From assembly GCA_018649885.1 (NCBI GenBank), contig JABIHA010000118.1, forward strand, positions 48,644 through 68,643: DNA of 20,000 nucleotides. The letters run 5' to 3'. The translations under genes were made by a program, and so were the position numbers. The notes beneath the pieces are model-generated. The model ran no database searches. It saw only the letters and a program-made list of their open reading frames with translations, and had not been told where the DNA came from. Each line of letters starts with the position of its first letter. Positions within the stretch are counted from its first letter, which is position 1. The stretch comes from Bacteriovoracaceae bacterium (GTDB lineage: Bacteria > Bdellovibrionota > Bacteriovoracia > Bacteriovoracales > Bacteriovoracaceae). Below are positions 7,186 to 15,307 of this stretch, piece by piece.

Positions 7186-8388
7186 GTGCACAGTAGTACA
7201 TTTTCAATTCTTAAAATTCTTTTGAGTGGTAAAAATTCAATTAAGTTCCTACTGGGGATTGTCCTTAGCTTTTCATTTTCCATTACTGTGATTCTCGCCA
7301 CAATTGGTATTATGGATGGCTTTGATGTGGCCTTAAAAAAAGGCTTGAGAAAAGCTGAAGGTGATTTGAAAATCCAATATCGCGGTGGTTTTTTTGAGCT
7401 TGAGCAAATTGAGGACAAGCTCGATCTTCATCCAATCTCAGAGATTACTGGGATTGTTCGAAGTGAAGCATTTTTAATTTCTAAAGATCGTAGTAAAGGA
7501 ATAGTTTTAAGAGGAGTGGAGCCGGACTCATTTAATGAGGTGACAAAATTTAAATTGGAATTGGTGGAAAATGATATTGTTCTAGGCCATGAGCTTCTTG
7601 CGGAACTGGGCCTCAGCATTGGAGACGAGGTTGTCATTGTTTTTGCCTCAGGGCGAGGAGATCATGAGCAACTTCCCACACTCCACCGCTTTAAAGTAGT
7701 GGGGGATGTCAGTCACGGTATTTATGAAAAGGATTTGCGCTACGCCTATGTAAATTTAACCTACATCCAAAAGCTTTTTGGCCTAGAAAACCAAATCAAC
7801 CAAATTCTTCTAAATGTAGAGGGAGCTCAGAAAATTGATTCCCCTGCGGTATTTGAAAAAATAACCACACTTGGAGAGACGATTGAAGACCAACTGAATG
7901 GTCTTTATCGTGCCATTCCTTTTTGGATTGAATATGGTGGATTGATTGAGGCCGTAAAAGTAGAAAAAGTGTCTATTACTATTGTTTTGCAGATCGTGGT
8001 GGTGGTATCCATTTTTAATGTCTTGGCATTTGTCATGTTTCTTGGTGAAACCAGGTCAAAAGAAATCTTTTTAGTTGAGGCCCTGGGCATTAGTAAGAAG
8101 GTGATGAATCGGGCGTGGGTGTTACTTTTATGTGGGATCTGGGGGCTGTCTTGTTTTGTTTCATTTTTTCTGGTGGAGATTACAGACTATGGACTTCAAA
8201 ATCTTTCAATGCTTGAGCTTCCAGGGGATGTTTATACGGTATCAAAATTGGCCTTATTTTTAGAACCCAAGTATTATGGGATAGTCTTTTTGATCTCTTT
8301 AGTATGGGTCTTGGTAATTTCGGCAGTAACATTGTATAGAATGAGCCGAAAAGAGATTATACAGGGGTTAAGGCAGGAGTTCTCTTAA
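7186..8388 (+). CDS. Lipoprotein-releasing ABC transporter permease (LolC/E/F family)
   Basis: N-terminal TM followed by GIMDGF (SVMNGF-like), a MacB-type periplasmic domain, three C-terminal TMs and a DVY motif. Adjacent to lolD and bamA. AAGGAG SD at 7172-7177 before the GTG start. Confidence 0.82.
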   Translation: MHSSTFSILKILLSGKNSIKFLLGIVLSFSFSITVILATIGIMDGFDVALKKGLRKAEGDLKIQYRGGFFELEQIEDKLDLHPISEITGIVRSEAFLISKDRSKGIVLRGVEPDSFNEVTKFKLELVENDIVLGHELLAELGLSIGDEVVIVFASGRGDHEQLPTLHRFKVVGDVSHGIYEKDLRYAYVNLTYIQKLFGLENQINQILLNVEGAQKIDSPAVFEKITTLGETIEDQLNGLYRAIPFWIEYGGLIEAVKVEKVSITIVLQIVVVVSIFNVLAFVMFLGETRSKEIFLVEALGISKKVMNRAWVLLLCGIWGLSCFVSFFLVEITDYGLQNLSMLELPGDVYTVSKLALFLEPKYYGIVFLISLVWVLVISAVTLYRMSRKEIIQGLRQEFS

Positions 8389-8390
8389 AT

Positions 8391-9050
8391 ATGAATCTAA
8401 TTGAGATTAAGGATATTAAAAAGAATTTTGGTAGCACCCAGGTATTAAGGGGAATTAATTTTAAATTTTCTGAAGGAGAGCACTGGGTTTTGACAGGGTC
8501 TTCAGGCTCGGGAAAATCCACCCTTTTGTATTTAATTGGCGGCCTCGATACTGCAAGCTCTGGAAAAATTTTTGTAGAGAATAAAGATTTAAGTCTGCTT
8601 AGCGATGAGGTTTTAGCTAACTATAGAAATAAGTTTATTGGATTCGTTTTTCAGTTTCATTACCTACTTCCCTCAATGAATTGCATGAACAATATTTTAC
8701 TTCCAGCAAGAATCGGTGGAGTTGTTGAAGGTCCGGTCAAAGACCATATTATGTGCTACGCAGAAAGGCTTGGAGTAGAAAAACTGCTGACTAAGTACCC
8801 ATATCAACTATCAGGCGGAGAGCAGCAGCGAATTAATTTGCTGCGGGCCATTTCTTTAAGGCCAAAGCTTCTTCTTTGCGATGAGCCTACAGGTAATTTG
8901 GACTCAACTAACTCACAGATAGTGGTGAAGCTACTTAAGGAGCTTTCTCTAGAGCTTGGAGCGACTCTTCTCATCGTGACTCACGATGAAAATGTAGCCG
9001 GAAACTTTAGTAATCGAATTAAAATGGTAGACGGGAGACTAGTTCAATAA
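8391..9050 (+). CDS. lolD: Lipoprotein-releasing ABC transporter ATP-binding protein
   Basis: Walker A GSSGSGKST, IGFVFQFHYLLP, signature LSGGEQQR, Walker B LLLCDEPTGNLD and H-loop VTHD. Confidence 0.88.
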   Translation: MNLIEIKDIKKNFGSTQVLRGINFKFSEGEHWVLTGSSGSGKSTLLYLIGGLDTASSGKIFVENKDLSLLSDEVLANYRNKFIGFVFQFHYLLPSMNCMNNILLPARIGGVVEGPVKDHIMCYAERLGVEKLLTKYPYQLSGGEQQRINLLRAISLRPKLLLCDEPTGNLDSTNSQIVVKLLKELSLELGATLLIVTHDENVAGNFSNRIKMVDGRLVQ

Positions 9051-9143
9051 TCTACCGCCGCTTTGCTCTCAATACACGACAAGATCTCTTTGTAGTTTCG
9101 CCCCAAATAAGATAATTTATATCGAATTATTTTAGGAGAGTTA

Positions 9144-11480
9144 ATGTCTCAACCAAGTTGGGCAATACGTATATATTGTTTCATTTTTTCACTTTTGTTT
9201 GCTTTGCACGCGCTTGCGGGCAATGACCTAGGTAAAAAGGTTAACCTTTTTAAGGTTGATAAAGTTGATGTTCAAGGTCTTAAGAAGGTCGAGATAGAAG
9301 CCGTATTGGAAAAAGTTTTAGTAAAAGAAGGCATGGTCCTCGATAATTATCTTTTGAAAGGTGATATTGAAAGAATCTATAAACTTAAGTTCTTTGACTC
9401 TGTAGAGGCCCACCATGAAGTCAAAAATGGTAAAAATCATCTAATATTTAAAGTATTTGAAAGACCCATTATTGCTGAGATTATCATTAAGGGAAATGAT
9501 GACATCGACGATGATGAGATAGAGGAGAAGATCAGATCTAAGCAGTTCTCTCTTTTAGATGTCGATACGGCCAAGAAAGACGTGGCCATCATTCAGAAAT
9601 TTTATGAAGAGAAAGGCTTTTACCTGGCCTCAGTCAATTTTGAAGTCAAAAAAATTAATAGTGAAAATGTTGAGTTAGTATTTCAAATTGAGGAATTCGA
9701 TAAAGTTAAGGTGAAGATGATTACCTTTCTTGGGAATCGAAGTCTACAAGACGATAAATTAAAACAACATATGGAAACCAAGGAAGAGAGCTTTTTTAGC
9801 TTTCTCTCTGCCTCGGGCTCCTTCAAAGAGGTTAATTTCCAAACTGATATTCAAAGACTTAAGTATTACTACCAATCAGAAGGTCACCTCCAAGTTAATA
9901 TTGGCGCTCCAGAAATAACTGTTTCAGAAGATAAGAGATGGGTCTTTATTACTATTAGAGTTAATGAAGGACCTAAGTTTACAATTAACGAAATCTCTTT
10001 TGAAGGCGAGGTTTTATTTGAAGAGGATAAGCTCTTCTCTGAAATTAAACTTAAAAAAGAAGAAACATACTCAGAAGACAAACTTAGAAAAGATATCCAA
10101 AAGCTAACTGAAATGTATCAAGATAAAGGATACGCTTTCGCCAACGTTCTTAGAACACTTGAGGTTGTCCCTGGAGAAAACCGAGTCAATGTGAGGTTTT
10201 CTTTTGAAAAAGGTAATATCGCTTATTTTGGAAGAGTTAATGTTAAAGGTAATACATCTACAAGAGACAAAGTTGTTAGACGTGAACTTAAAATTAGAGA
10301 GGGCATGCGCTACTCCGGTACTGCTCTTAGAGAGTCCAAAGAAAATGTAAATAGGCTCGGTTTCTTTGAGCAGGGAAGTGTTGTCTTTAATACAGTATCT
10401 CCTAAAGGGAAAGATGACGTCCTCGATGTAGATATTTCTATTAAAGAGCGTCAGACAGGACAAATTTCTGTTGGTGCTGGTTATTCCACAGCAACTAAGT
10501 TTTTCTTCCAAGGTTCTGTTAAAAAGAGAAACTTCAGCGGCCTTGGTCAAGATTTAGAGCTTTCTTTTAACTGGTCAGATACAAATACCACTGGTCAAAT
10601 TAGTTTTGACGAGCCCTATCTATATGATACGAAGTGGAAGGCGGGAACAGATGTTTACGCCACAAAAGTCAGCCGAGCTGGTAATGAGTCAGAAAAGTTT
10701 GGTTCGGCCCTTAGAGTTGGCTACCCTGTTTTTGAATACACCAATTTATTTGTCACTTATAATCTTGAGAAAACTCGTCTTATTAAAAGTACTGATCCGC
10801 TGCTCTATGAACCTAGGTACAAAAAACTTGAAAATGGTTTAAAGTCTTCCATTGATACAACAATTAAACATGACAGAAGAAATAATGTCTTCGAGCCTTC
10901 TGGTGGATATTACTTGAGAAGCTCTACCGAGTACGCAGGTCTCGGTGGACAACATAAGTTTATGAAGCTTGGAGCAGAGGGACAATTCTTTGCTAATCCT
11001 GTTGGAGATTTTGTATTTCGCTCTAGAATCCTAGCAGAGCACTTAGTTCAAACTACAAGTAGAGGTATAGCCAGAACTAGACATTTTACACTAGGTGGTG
11101 CCAAAGACCTGAGAGGCTACTATTTTGCTGATATTGGCCCAAAAGAAAATAGAATGATCGACACTAATGGTGATGGTACAGATGATACCCTCGTTGTTGT
11201 TAACGTTGGCGGCCGGTTCAAACTTATTAGCCAGTTTGAATTAGAGCATCCTCTTGTTAAAGAAGCGGGACTCAAGTGGGTCTTTTTCTTTGATGCAGGT
11301 AATGTTTTTAGGCGCTACCTTGGTCATCATGGCAGATTCACTCTTCGTACTGATTACGGTTTTGGATTTAGGTGGTTTACCCCAATTGGTATTTTGAGAT
11401 TTGAATTTGGTTATCCGATTGCTAGAAAAACAGGTGAGTCTGGATCGCAGTTTCACTTTGATATAGGTAAGTCTTTTTAA
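9144..11480 (+). CDS. bamA: Outer membrane protein assembly factor BamA
   Basis: Signal peptide, POTRA repeats (YEEKGF, YQSEGH, YQDKGY, GNTSTRDKVVRRE), barrel start TGQISVGAGYS, loop-6 LRGY, GFGFRWFTPIGILRFEFG and C-terminal Phe. AGGAG SD at 9134-9138. Confidence 0.97.
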   Translation: MSQPSWAIRIYCFIFSLLFALHALAGNDLGKKVNLFKVDKVDVQGLKKVEIEAVLEKVLVKEGMVLDNYLLKGDIERIYKLKFFDSVEAHHEVKNGKNHLIFKVFERPIIAEIIIKGNDDIDDDEIEEKIRSKQFSLLDVDTAKKDVAIIQKFYEEKGFYLASVNFEVKKINSENVELVFQIEEFDKVKVKMITFLGNRSLQDDKLKQHMETKEESFFSFLSASGSFKEVNFQTDIQRLKYYYQSEGHLQVNIGAPEITVSEDKRWVFITIRVNEGPKFTINEISFEGEVLFEEDKLFSEIKLKKEETYSEDKLRKDIQKLTEMYQDKGYAFANVLRTLEVVPGENRVNVRFSFEKGNIAYFGRVNVKGNTSTRDKVVRRELKIREGMRYSGTALRESKENVNRLGFFEQGSVVFNTVSPKGKDDVLDVDISIKERQTGQISVGAGYSTATKFFFQGSVKKRNFSGLGQDLELSFNWSDTNTTGQISFDEPYLYDTKWKAGTDVYATKVSRAGNESEKFGSALRVGYPVFEYTNLFVTYNLEKTRLIKSTDPLLYEPRYKKLENGLKSSIDTTIKHDRRNNVFEPSGGYYLRSSTEYAGLGGQHKFMKLGAEGQFFANPVGDFVFRSRILAEHLVQTTSRGIARTRHFTLGGAKDLRGYYFADIGPKENRMIDTNGDGTDDTLVVVNVGGRFKLISQFELEHPLVKEAGLKWVFFFDAGNVFRRYLGHHGRFTLRTDYGFGFRWFTPIGILRFEFGYPIARKTGESGSQFHFDIGKSF

Positions 11481-11493
11481 TAAGAGGTGTTAT

Positions 11494-12003
11494 ATGAAAT
11501 ATTTGGTTTTTTTAAGTTTATTTTTTGTAGGTATTAGTTTTTCTCATGCCAATACGGTAATTGGTCTTATTAATATGGAAGCCATCATCAATAAAATTAG
11601 TGATGGAAAAAAAATTAGAAGCAAACTTGAAAAAGAGTTTAATAAAAAGAAAAAAACTCTTCAAAAAGAAGAAGAGACTATAAAGAAGGCTCAAGAGAAT
11701 TATAAAAAGCAGTCAGTTGTTTTAAACGACAAAGCTAAGATGAAAAAAGAAGAAGAAATCACCAATATGATTAGAGGCATTCAGCAAAAAACGATGGCCT
11801 ATCAAAAAGAGATTCGTGATCTTGAAGCCAAATTGAAAAAACCACTTCTTAAAAAGATTCAAGCGATTGTAGATACTGTTTCTAAAAAAGAAAATGTGGC
11901 CATGACTTTTGAAGTCAGCACTTCTCCTGTTATCTATGCTAAAGAGAAAAAAGACCTGACTGGCAAAATTATTGAAGCTTATAATAAGAAATACAAAAAA
12001 TAG
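11494..12003 (+). CDS. skp: Periplasmic chaperone Skp/OmpH
   Basis: Signal peptide (SFSHA|N), IGLINME strand, long basic coiled coil and DLTGKII C-terminus. Lies between bamA and lpxD. Confidence 0.9.
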   Translation: MKYLVFLSLFFVGISFSHANTVIGLINMEAIINKISDGKKIRSKLEKEFNKKKKTLQKEEETIKKAQENYKKQSVVLNDKAKMKKEEEITNMIRGIQQKTMAYQKEIRDLEAKLKKPLLKKIQAIVDTVSKKENVAMTFEVSTSPVIYAKEKKDLTGKIIEAYNKKYKK

Positions 12004-12014
12004 GCCGTGCTCGT

Positions 12015-13043
12015 ATGGATTTTGAAGAACTTAATTCAATTGAAAAGAGCTTTGAGATATTGCACGGTAGTCTTGATTTTTCAGTTGAAGAGATATCGTC
12101 TACAGATGATCCAACAAAGCATTCAATTTGTTTTCTAAAAGATATCAAAAACCAAAGAAAAGTTGGTCGTTTCTCTCAAAGTGATTTTTTTGAGAATTGT
12201 TGCGTAGTTCTTGAAGAAAAATTCTATGGAAAAATAAAGGGAACTGAAGATTTTGAAGCTCTTTGTAATAGCTTCCCCGTTGTTGCTAAAATAGAATCAA
12301 TTCACCATGCGTTGCCAAAGTTTTCAGAACCATTTTTCCATAAGAAATTTTCAATGTGCAATGATCTTGTGGATGGAAGACAGCTCGGCAGTGTGGAAAT
12401 ACATCCCACTGCAAATATTGCTCAAAATGTATTTATAGGAAGCCACGTTAAAATTGGCAAAAATGTCGAAATCTTTCCTGGAAGTGTGGTGATGTCACTT
12501 TCTGAAATCGGAGAGGGCACAAAGATATTTCCAAATGTCACAATTTATAGAAACGTAATTATTGGGATGAATTGTCGAATCCATTCACAATCAGTCATTG
12601 GAAGTGACGGCTACGGCTACAATTATTTTGATGGTATTCATCACAAAATTTGGCATATGGGTGGTGTTGAAATAGGTGATGATGTTGAAATTGGATCTAT
12701 CACCAGCATTGATAGCGGAACTTTCTCAAAAACTTATATTGGAAGTGGTTCTAAAATTGATAATCAAGTACAAATTGGTCACAACAGTCGTGTTGGTAAA
12801 GGTGTGATTATTTGCGGCCAAGTAGGCCTTGCGGGCAGCTGTATTGTTGGAGATTTTACTGTTTTTGGCGGTAAGGCCGGAATGGGAGATGGAAACCAAA
12901 TTGGGGCTGGCGTGCAAGTTGCGGGAGCGGCCATGGTCAATAGTGACTGGCCAGATGGCGCCAAGCTTGGAGGTCACCCAGCAAGACCTTTAAGAGAGTG
13001 GCTGAAGGGCCTGGCCTTTATAAGACGAGAAAGTCTAAAGTAA
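12015..13043 (+). CDS. lpxD: UDP-3-O-acyl-glucosamine N-acyltransferase
   Basis: Hexapeptide (LbH) repeats, IGSDGYGY, GGVEIGDDVEIG and KIDNQVQIGHN with the catalytic His. Confidence 0.95.
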   Translation: MDFEELNSIEKSFEILHGSLDFSVEEISSTDDPTKHSICFLKDIKNQRKVGRFSQSDFFENCCVVLEEKFYGKIKGTEDFEALCNSFPVVAKIESIHHALPKFSEPFFHKKFSMCNDLVDGRQLGSVEIHPTANIAQNVFIGSHVKIGKNVEIFPGSVVMSLSEIGEGTKIFPNVTIYRNVIIGMNCRIHSQSVIGSDGYGYNYFDGIHHKIWHMGGVEIGDDVEIGSITSIDSGTFSKTYIGSGSKIDNQVQIGHNSRVGKGVIICGQVGLAGSCIVGDFTVFGGKAGMGDGNQIGAGVQVAGAAMVNSDWPDGAKLGGHPARPLREWLKGLAFIRRESLK

Positions 13044-13056
13044 CGGGAAAAATTCT

Positions 13057-13539
13057 ATGAAACTTAATTTTGAGCAAGTCAAAGCCTATATACCTCACAG
13101 AGAACCCTTTCTTTTTGTAGATAGTATCGAGAGTCTTGAATACGAGGGCGAGGGACCTTTTAGCTGCTTAAAAGATCTTATTGGCGGAGTTGTAGAAGCA
13201 AATTTTAGTGTCAAAGAAGATTTAGAAATACTCAGAGGCCATTTTCCGGGAAATCCTGTTTTACCTGGTGTTGTTCAGGTAGAGATGATGGCCCAGGCAT
13301 CTATCTTCATTACTTTTGAGCTCTTTGAAGATCCCTACAATGTTGATTTAGAAGTGGCCTTACTTGGAGTGAAAGATTCAAAATTTAGAAAGCCAGTTGT
13401 TCCAGGAATGGAACTGAAGATAAAATCGAAGATGATCAAGGCACGAGGCCAAATTATGAGTTTTGAAGCTGAAATCAGCTCAGGCGATGAAATTGTCTCC
13501 CAGGCTTCTTTTTTGGCCAGCTTCTCCCAAAGGAATTAA
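13057..13539 (+). CDS. fabZ: 3-hydroxyacyl-ACP dehydratase
   Basis: Motifs IPHREPFLFVD, GHFPGNPVLPGVVQVEMMAQ and KFRKPVVPG. Confidence 0.95.
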   Translation: MKLNFEQVKAYIPHREPFLFVDSIESLEYEGEGPFSCLKDLIGGVVEANFSVKEDLEILRGHFPGNPVLPGVVQVEMMAQASIFITFELFEDPYNVDLEVALLGVKDSKFRKPVVPGMELKIKSKMIKARGQIMSFEAEISSGDEIVSQASFLASFSQRN

Positions 13540-13541
13540 TT

Positions 13542-14348
13542 ATGAGTCACAGTGAATGGATTCATCCAAGTGCAATTATTGAAGATGGTGCGGAAATAGC
13601 AGAAGGTGTCAGAGTTGGAGCTTTCAGTATCATTGGGCCAAATGTAAAAATTGGCGCTGAAACAGAAATAGGAAGCCACGTTGTTATTAATGGCCATACC
13701 AGCATTGGACAAAGAAATAAAATTTTCCAATTTTGTTCTATTGGTGAGAGACCTCAAGACTTGACCTATGATGACCAGCCTACTCAGGTTGTAATCGGAG
13801 ACGATAATGTGATTAGGGAATATGTCTCCATCCATCGTGGTACACTTAAACAAGATAAAATTACTAAAGTTGGAAGCTCTTGCCTTATTATGGCCCATGC
13901 TCATCTTGGTCATGATGTGGTGGTGGGTGATCACTGTGTAATAGTAAACTCTGTCAATTTAGCAGGTCATGTCACCGTGGAAGACCGAGTGATTATTAGT
14001 GGGGCCACAAATATTTCTCAATTTATTAGATTGGGAAGAGGTTCATATATTGGTGGAGCAAGCGGTGTGGACAGAGATATTCCGCCATTTTGCACGGCCT
14101 ATGGGAACAGAATAAAGCTAAAGGGAGTCAATATTGTAGGCCTTCGAAGACAGAGTTTTGAAAAGCCGCTGATATCAGAGGCCGTAGACTTTTTTAGAAC
14201 TATGGAGGCTTCTCCTCTTTCTCCTAGAAGCTTTGTTGATTCCAGTGAGCTTATGTGCGAATACGAGAGTAATGAAATTGTAGAAGAAATTTCTGATTTT
14301 ATAAAAGCGAGTAGAGTAGGGATCGCTCCCTTTAATTTTGACGTATAA
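13542..14348 (+). CDS. lpxA: Acyl-ACP--UDP-N-acetylglucosamine (or UDP-GlcNAc3N) acyltransferase
   Basis: Motifs IHPSAII, PQDL, IREYVSIHRGT, MAHAHLGHD (catalytic His), LAGHV, DIPPF and GVNIVGLRR. Confidence 0.96.
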   Translation: MSHSEWIHPSAIIEDGAEIAEGVRVGAFSIIGPNVKIGAETEIGSHVVINGHTSIGQRNKIFQFCSIGERPQDLTYDDQPTQVVIGDDNVIREYVSIHRGTLKQDKITKVGSSCLIMAHAHLGHDVVVGDHCVIVNSVNLAGHVTVEDRVIISGATNISQFIRLGRGSYIGGASGVDRDIPPFCTAYGNRIKLKGVNIVGLRRQSFEKPLISEAVDFFRTMEASPLSPRSFVDSSELMCEYESNEIVEEISDFIKASRVGIAPFNFDV

Positions 14349-14362
14349 ATCTATGAGGACGT

Positions 14363-15307
14363 ATGGGTTCAAGAGTTGCCTTAATTGGTCATGGGCATTT
14401 AGGAAAATTCCACGCTCAAAAAGCTTTTGAATTAAAAGGCACTGATTTTACATGCATTGTTGACTCCTATAAGCCACTTGATGATATTGATACCTCCTCT
14501 TTTCCCCATGTCCTTAAATTTGATAATCTGGACCAGGCCCTCACTCATTTTGATGCAGCTATTGTTGCCACTCCAACAAGTAATCATTTCGAAACTTGTA
14601 AAAAACTTATTAAAAATGACAAACACGTATTTTGTGAGAAGCCAGTAACTGAAGAGATCTCTCAAGCAGATCAACTTCAAAGTATGATGGAAGAAAAGAG
14701 TCTTGTTTTTCAGGTAGGACAAAGTGAAAGGTTTCACCAAGTTTGGGAAACTATCAAGTCAGAAAAATACCAGAATTTTTTTGGTGCAAACTCTAAAATT
14801 AAGATCATGAGAGTAGCACCTTTTAAAGGAAGGGCCACAGATGTAGATGTTGTGACTGACTTGATGATTCACGACGTGGATTTAATTTGCTACTTAACAG
14901 GTCAAACTCCTAAAAGTGTAGCCTCTAGAGGATATAAATATCAAACCTCTCATTGGGATCACGTAGAAGCTGAATTTGAATTTAGCTCGGGAATGCGTGC
15001 TGAAATAATCGTAAGCAGAAATTACTTCGAAGAAAGAAGAGAGCTTACCTGTACAAGTGATTCAGGTATAATTTCTGTTGATTTAATGAATTGTGAATTC
15101 CATTCAGTTAGCAGTGACGGAAGCCGAGATGAGTTACTAACTTATGAAAAAAATGATCACCTTCTTAATGAGCAGCGCTTATTTTTTGAAAGTATCGAAA
15201 AATCGACAGCTCCAGTTGTGACCCTAAAAGAAGGGAAGATTGCAGTGGAACTTGTTAAAGGTGTACTAAGCTCCCTTGAAACTCAAACTCAATTTAGGTA
15301 TGGCTAA
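14363..15307 (+). CDS. gnnA: Gfo/Idh/MocA NAD-dependent oxidoreductase, probable GnnA (UDP-GlcNAc 3-dehydrogenase)
   Basis: Rossmann motif LIGHGHLG, HVFCEKP, FQVGQSERF and DVVTDLMIHDVD. Located between lpxA and lpxB, overlapping lpxB via TAATG. The family call is firm; the GnnA call rests on context. Confidence 0.72.
   Translation: MGSRVALIGHGHLGKFHAQKAFELKGTDFTCIVDSYKPLDDIDTSSFPHVLKFDNLDQALTHFDAAIVATPTSNHFETCKKLIKNDKHVFCEKPVTEEISQADQLQSMMEEKSLVFQVGQSERFHQVWETIKSEKYQNFFGANSKIKIMRVAPFKGRATDVDVVTDLMIHDVDLICYLTGQTPKSVASRGYKYQTSHWDHVEAEFEFSSGMRAEIIVSRNYFEERRELTCTSDSGIISVDLMNCEFHSVSSDGSRDELLTYEKNDHLLNEQRLFFESIEKSTAPVVTLKEGKIAVELVKGVLSSLETQTQFRYG

Noticed and set aside
10104..10550. 148-aa antisense ORF within bamA, and 13536..13934 within lpxA
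   Set aside because: Both are antisense to essential, conserved genes and have no independent coding evidence.
12390..12940. Periodic ATTGG/ATCGG-like repeats in lpxD (and lpxA)
   Set aside because: They are explained by hexapeptide left-handed beta-helix repeats and are not a DNA repeat array or CRISPR.
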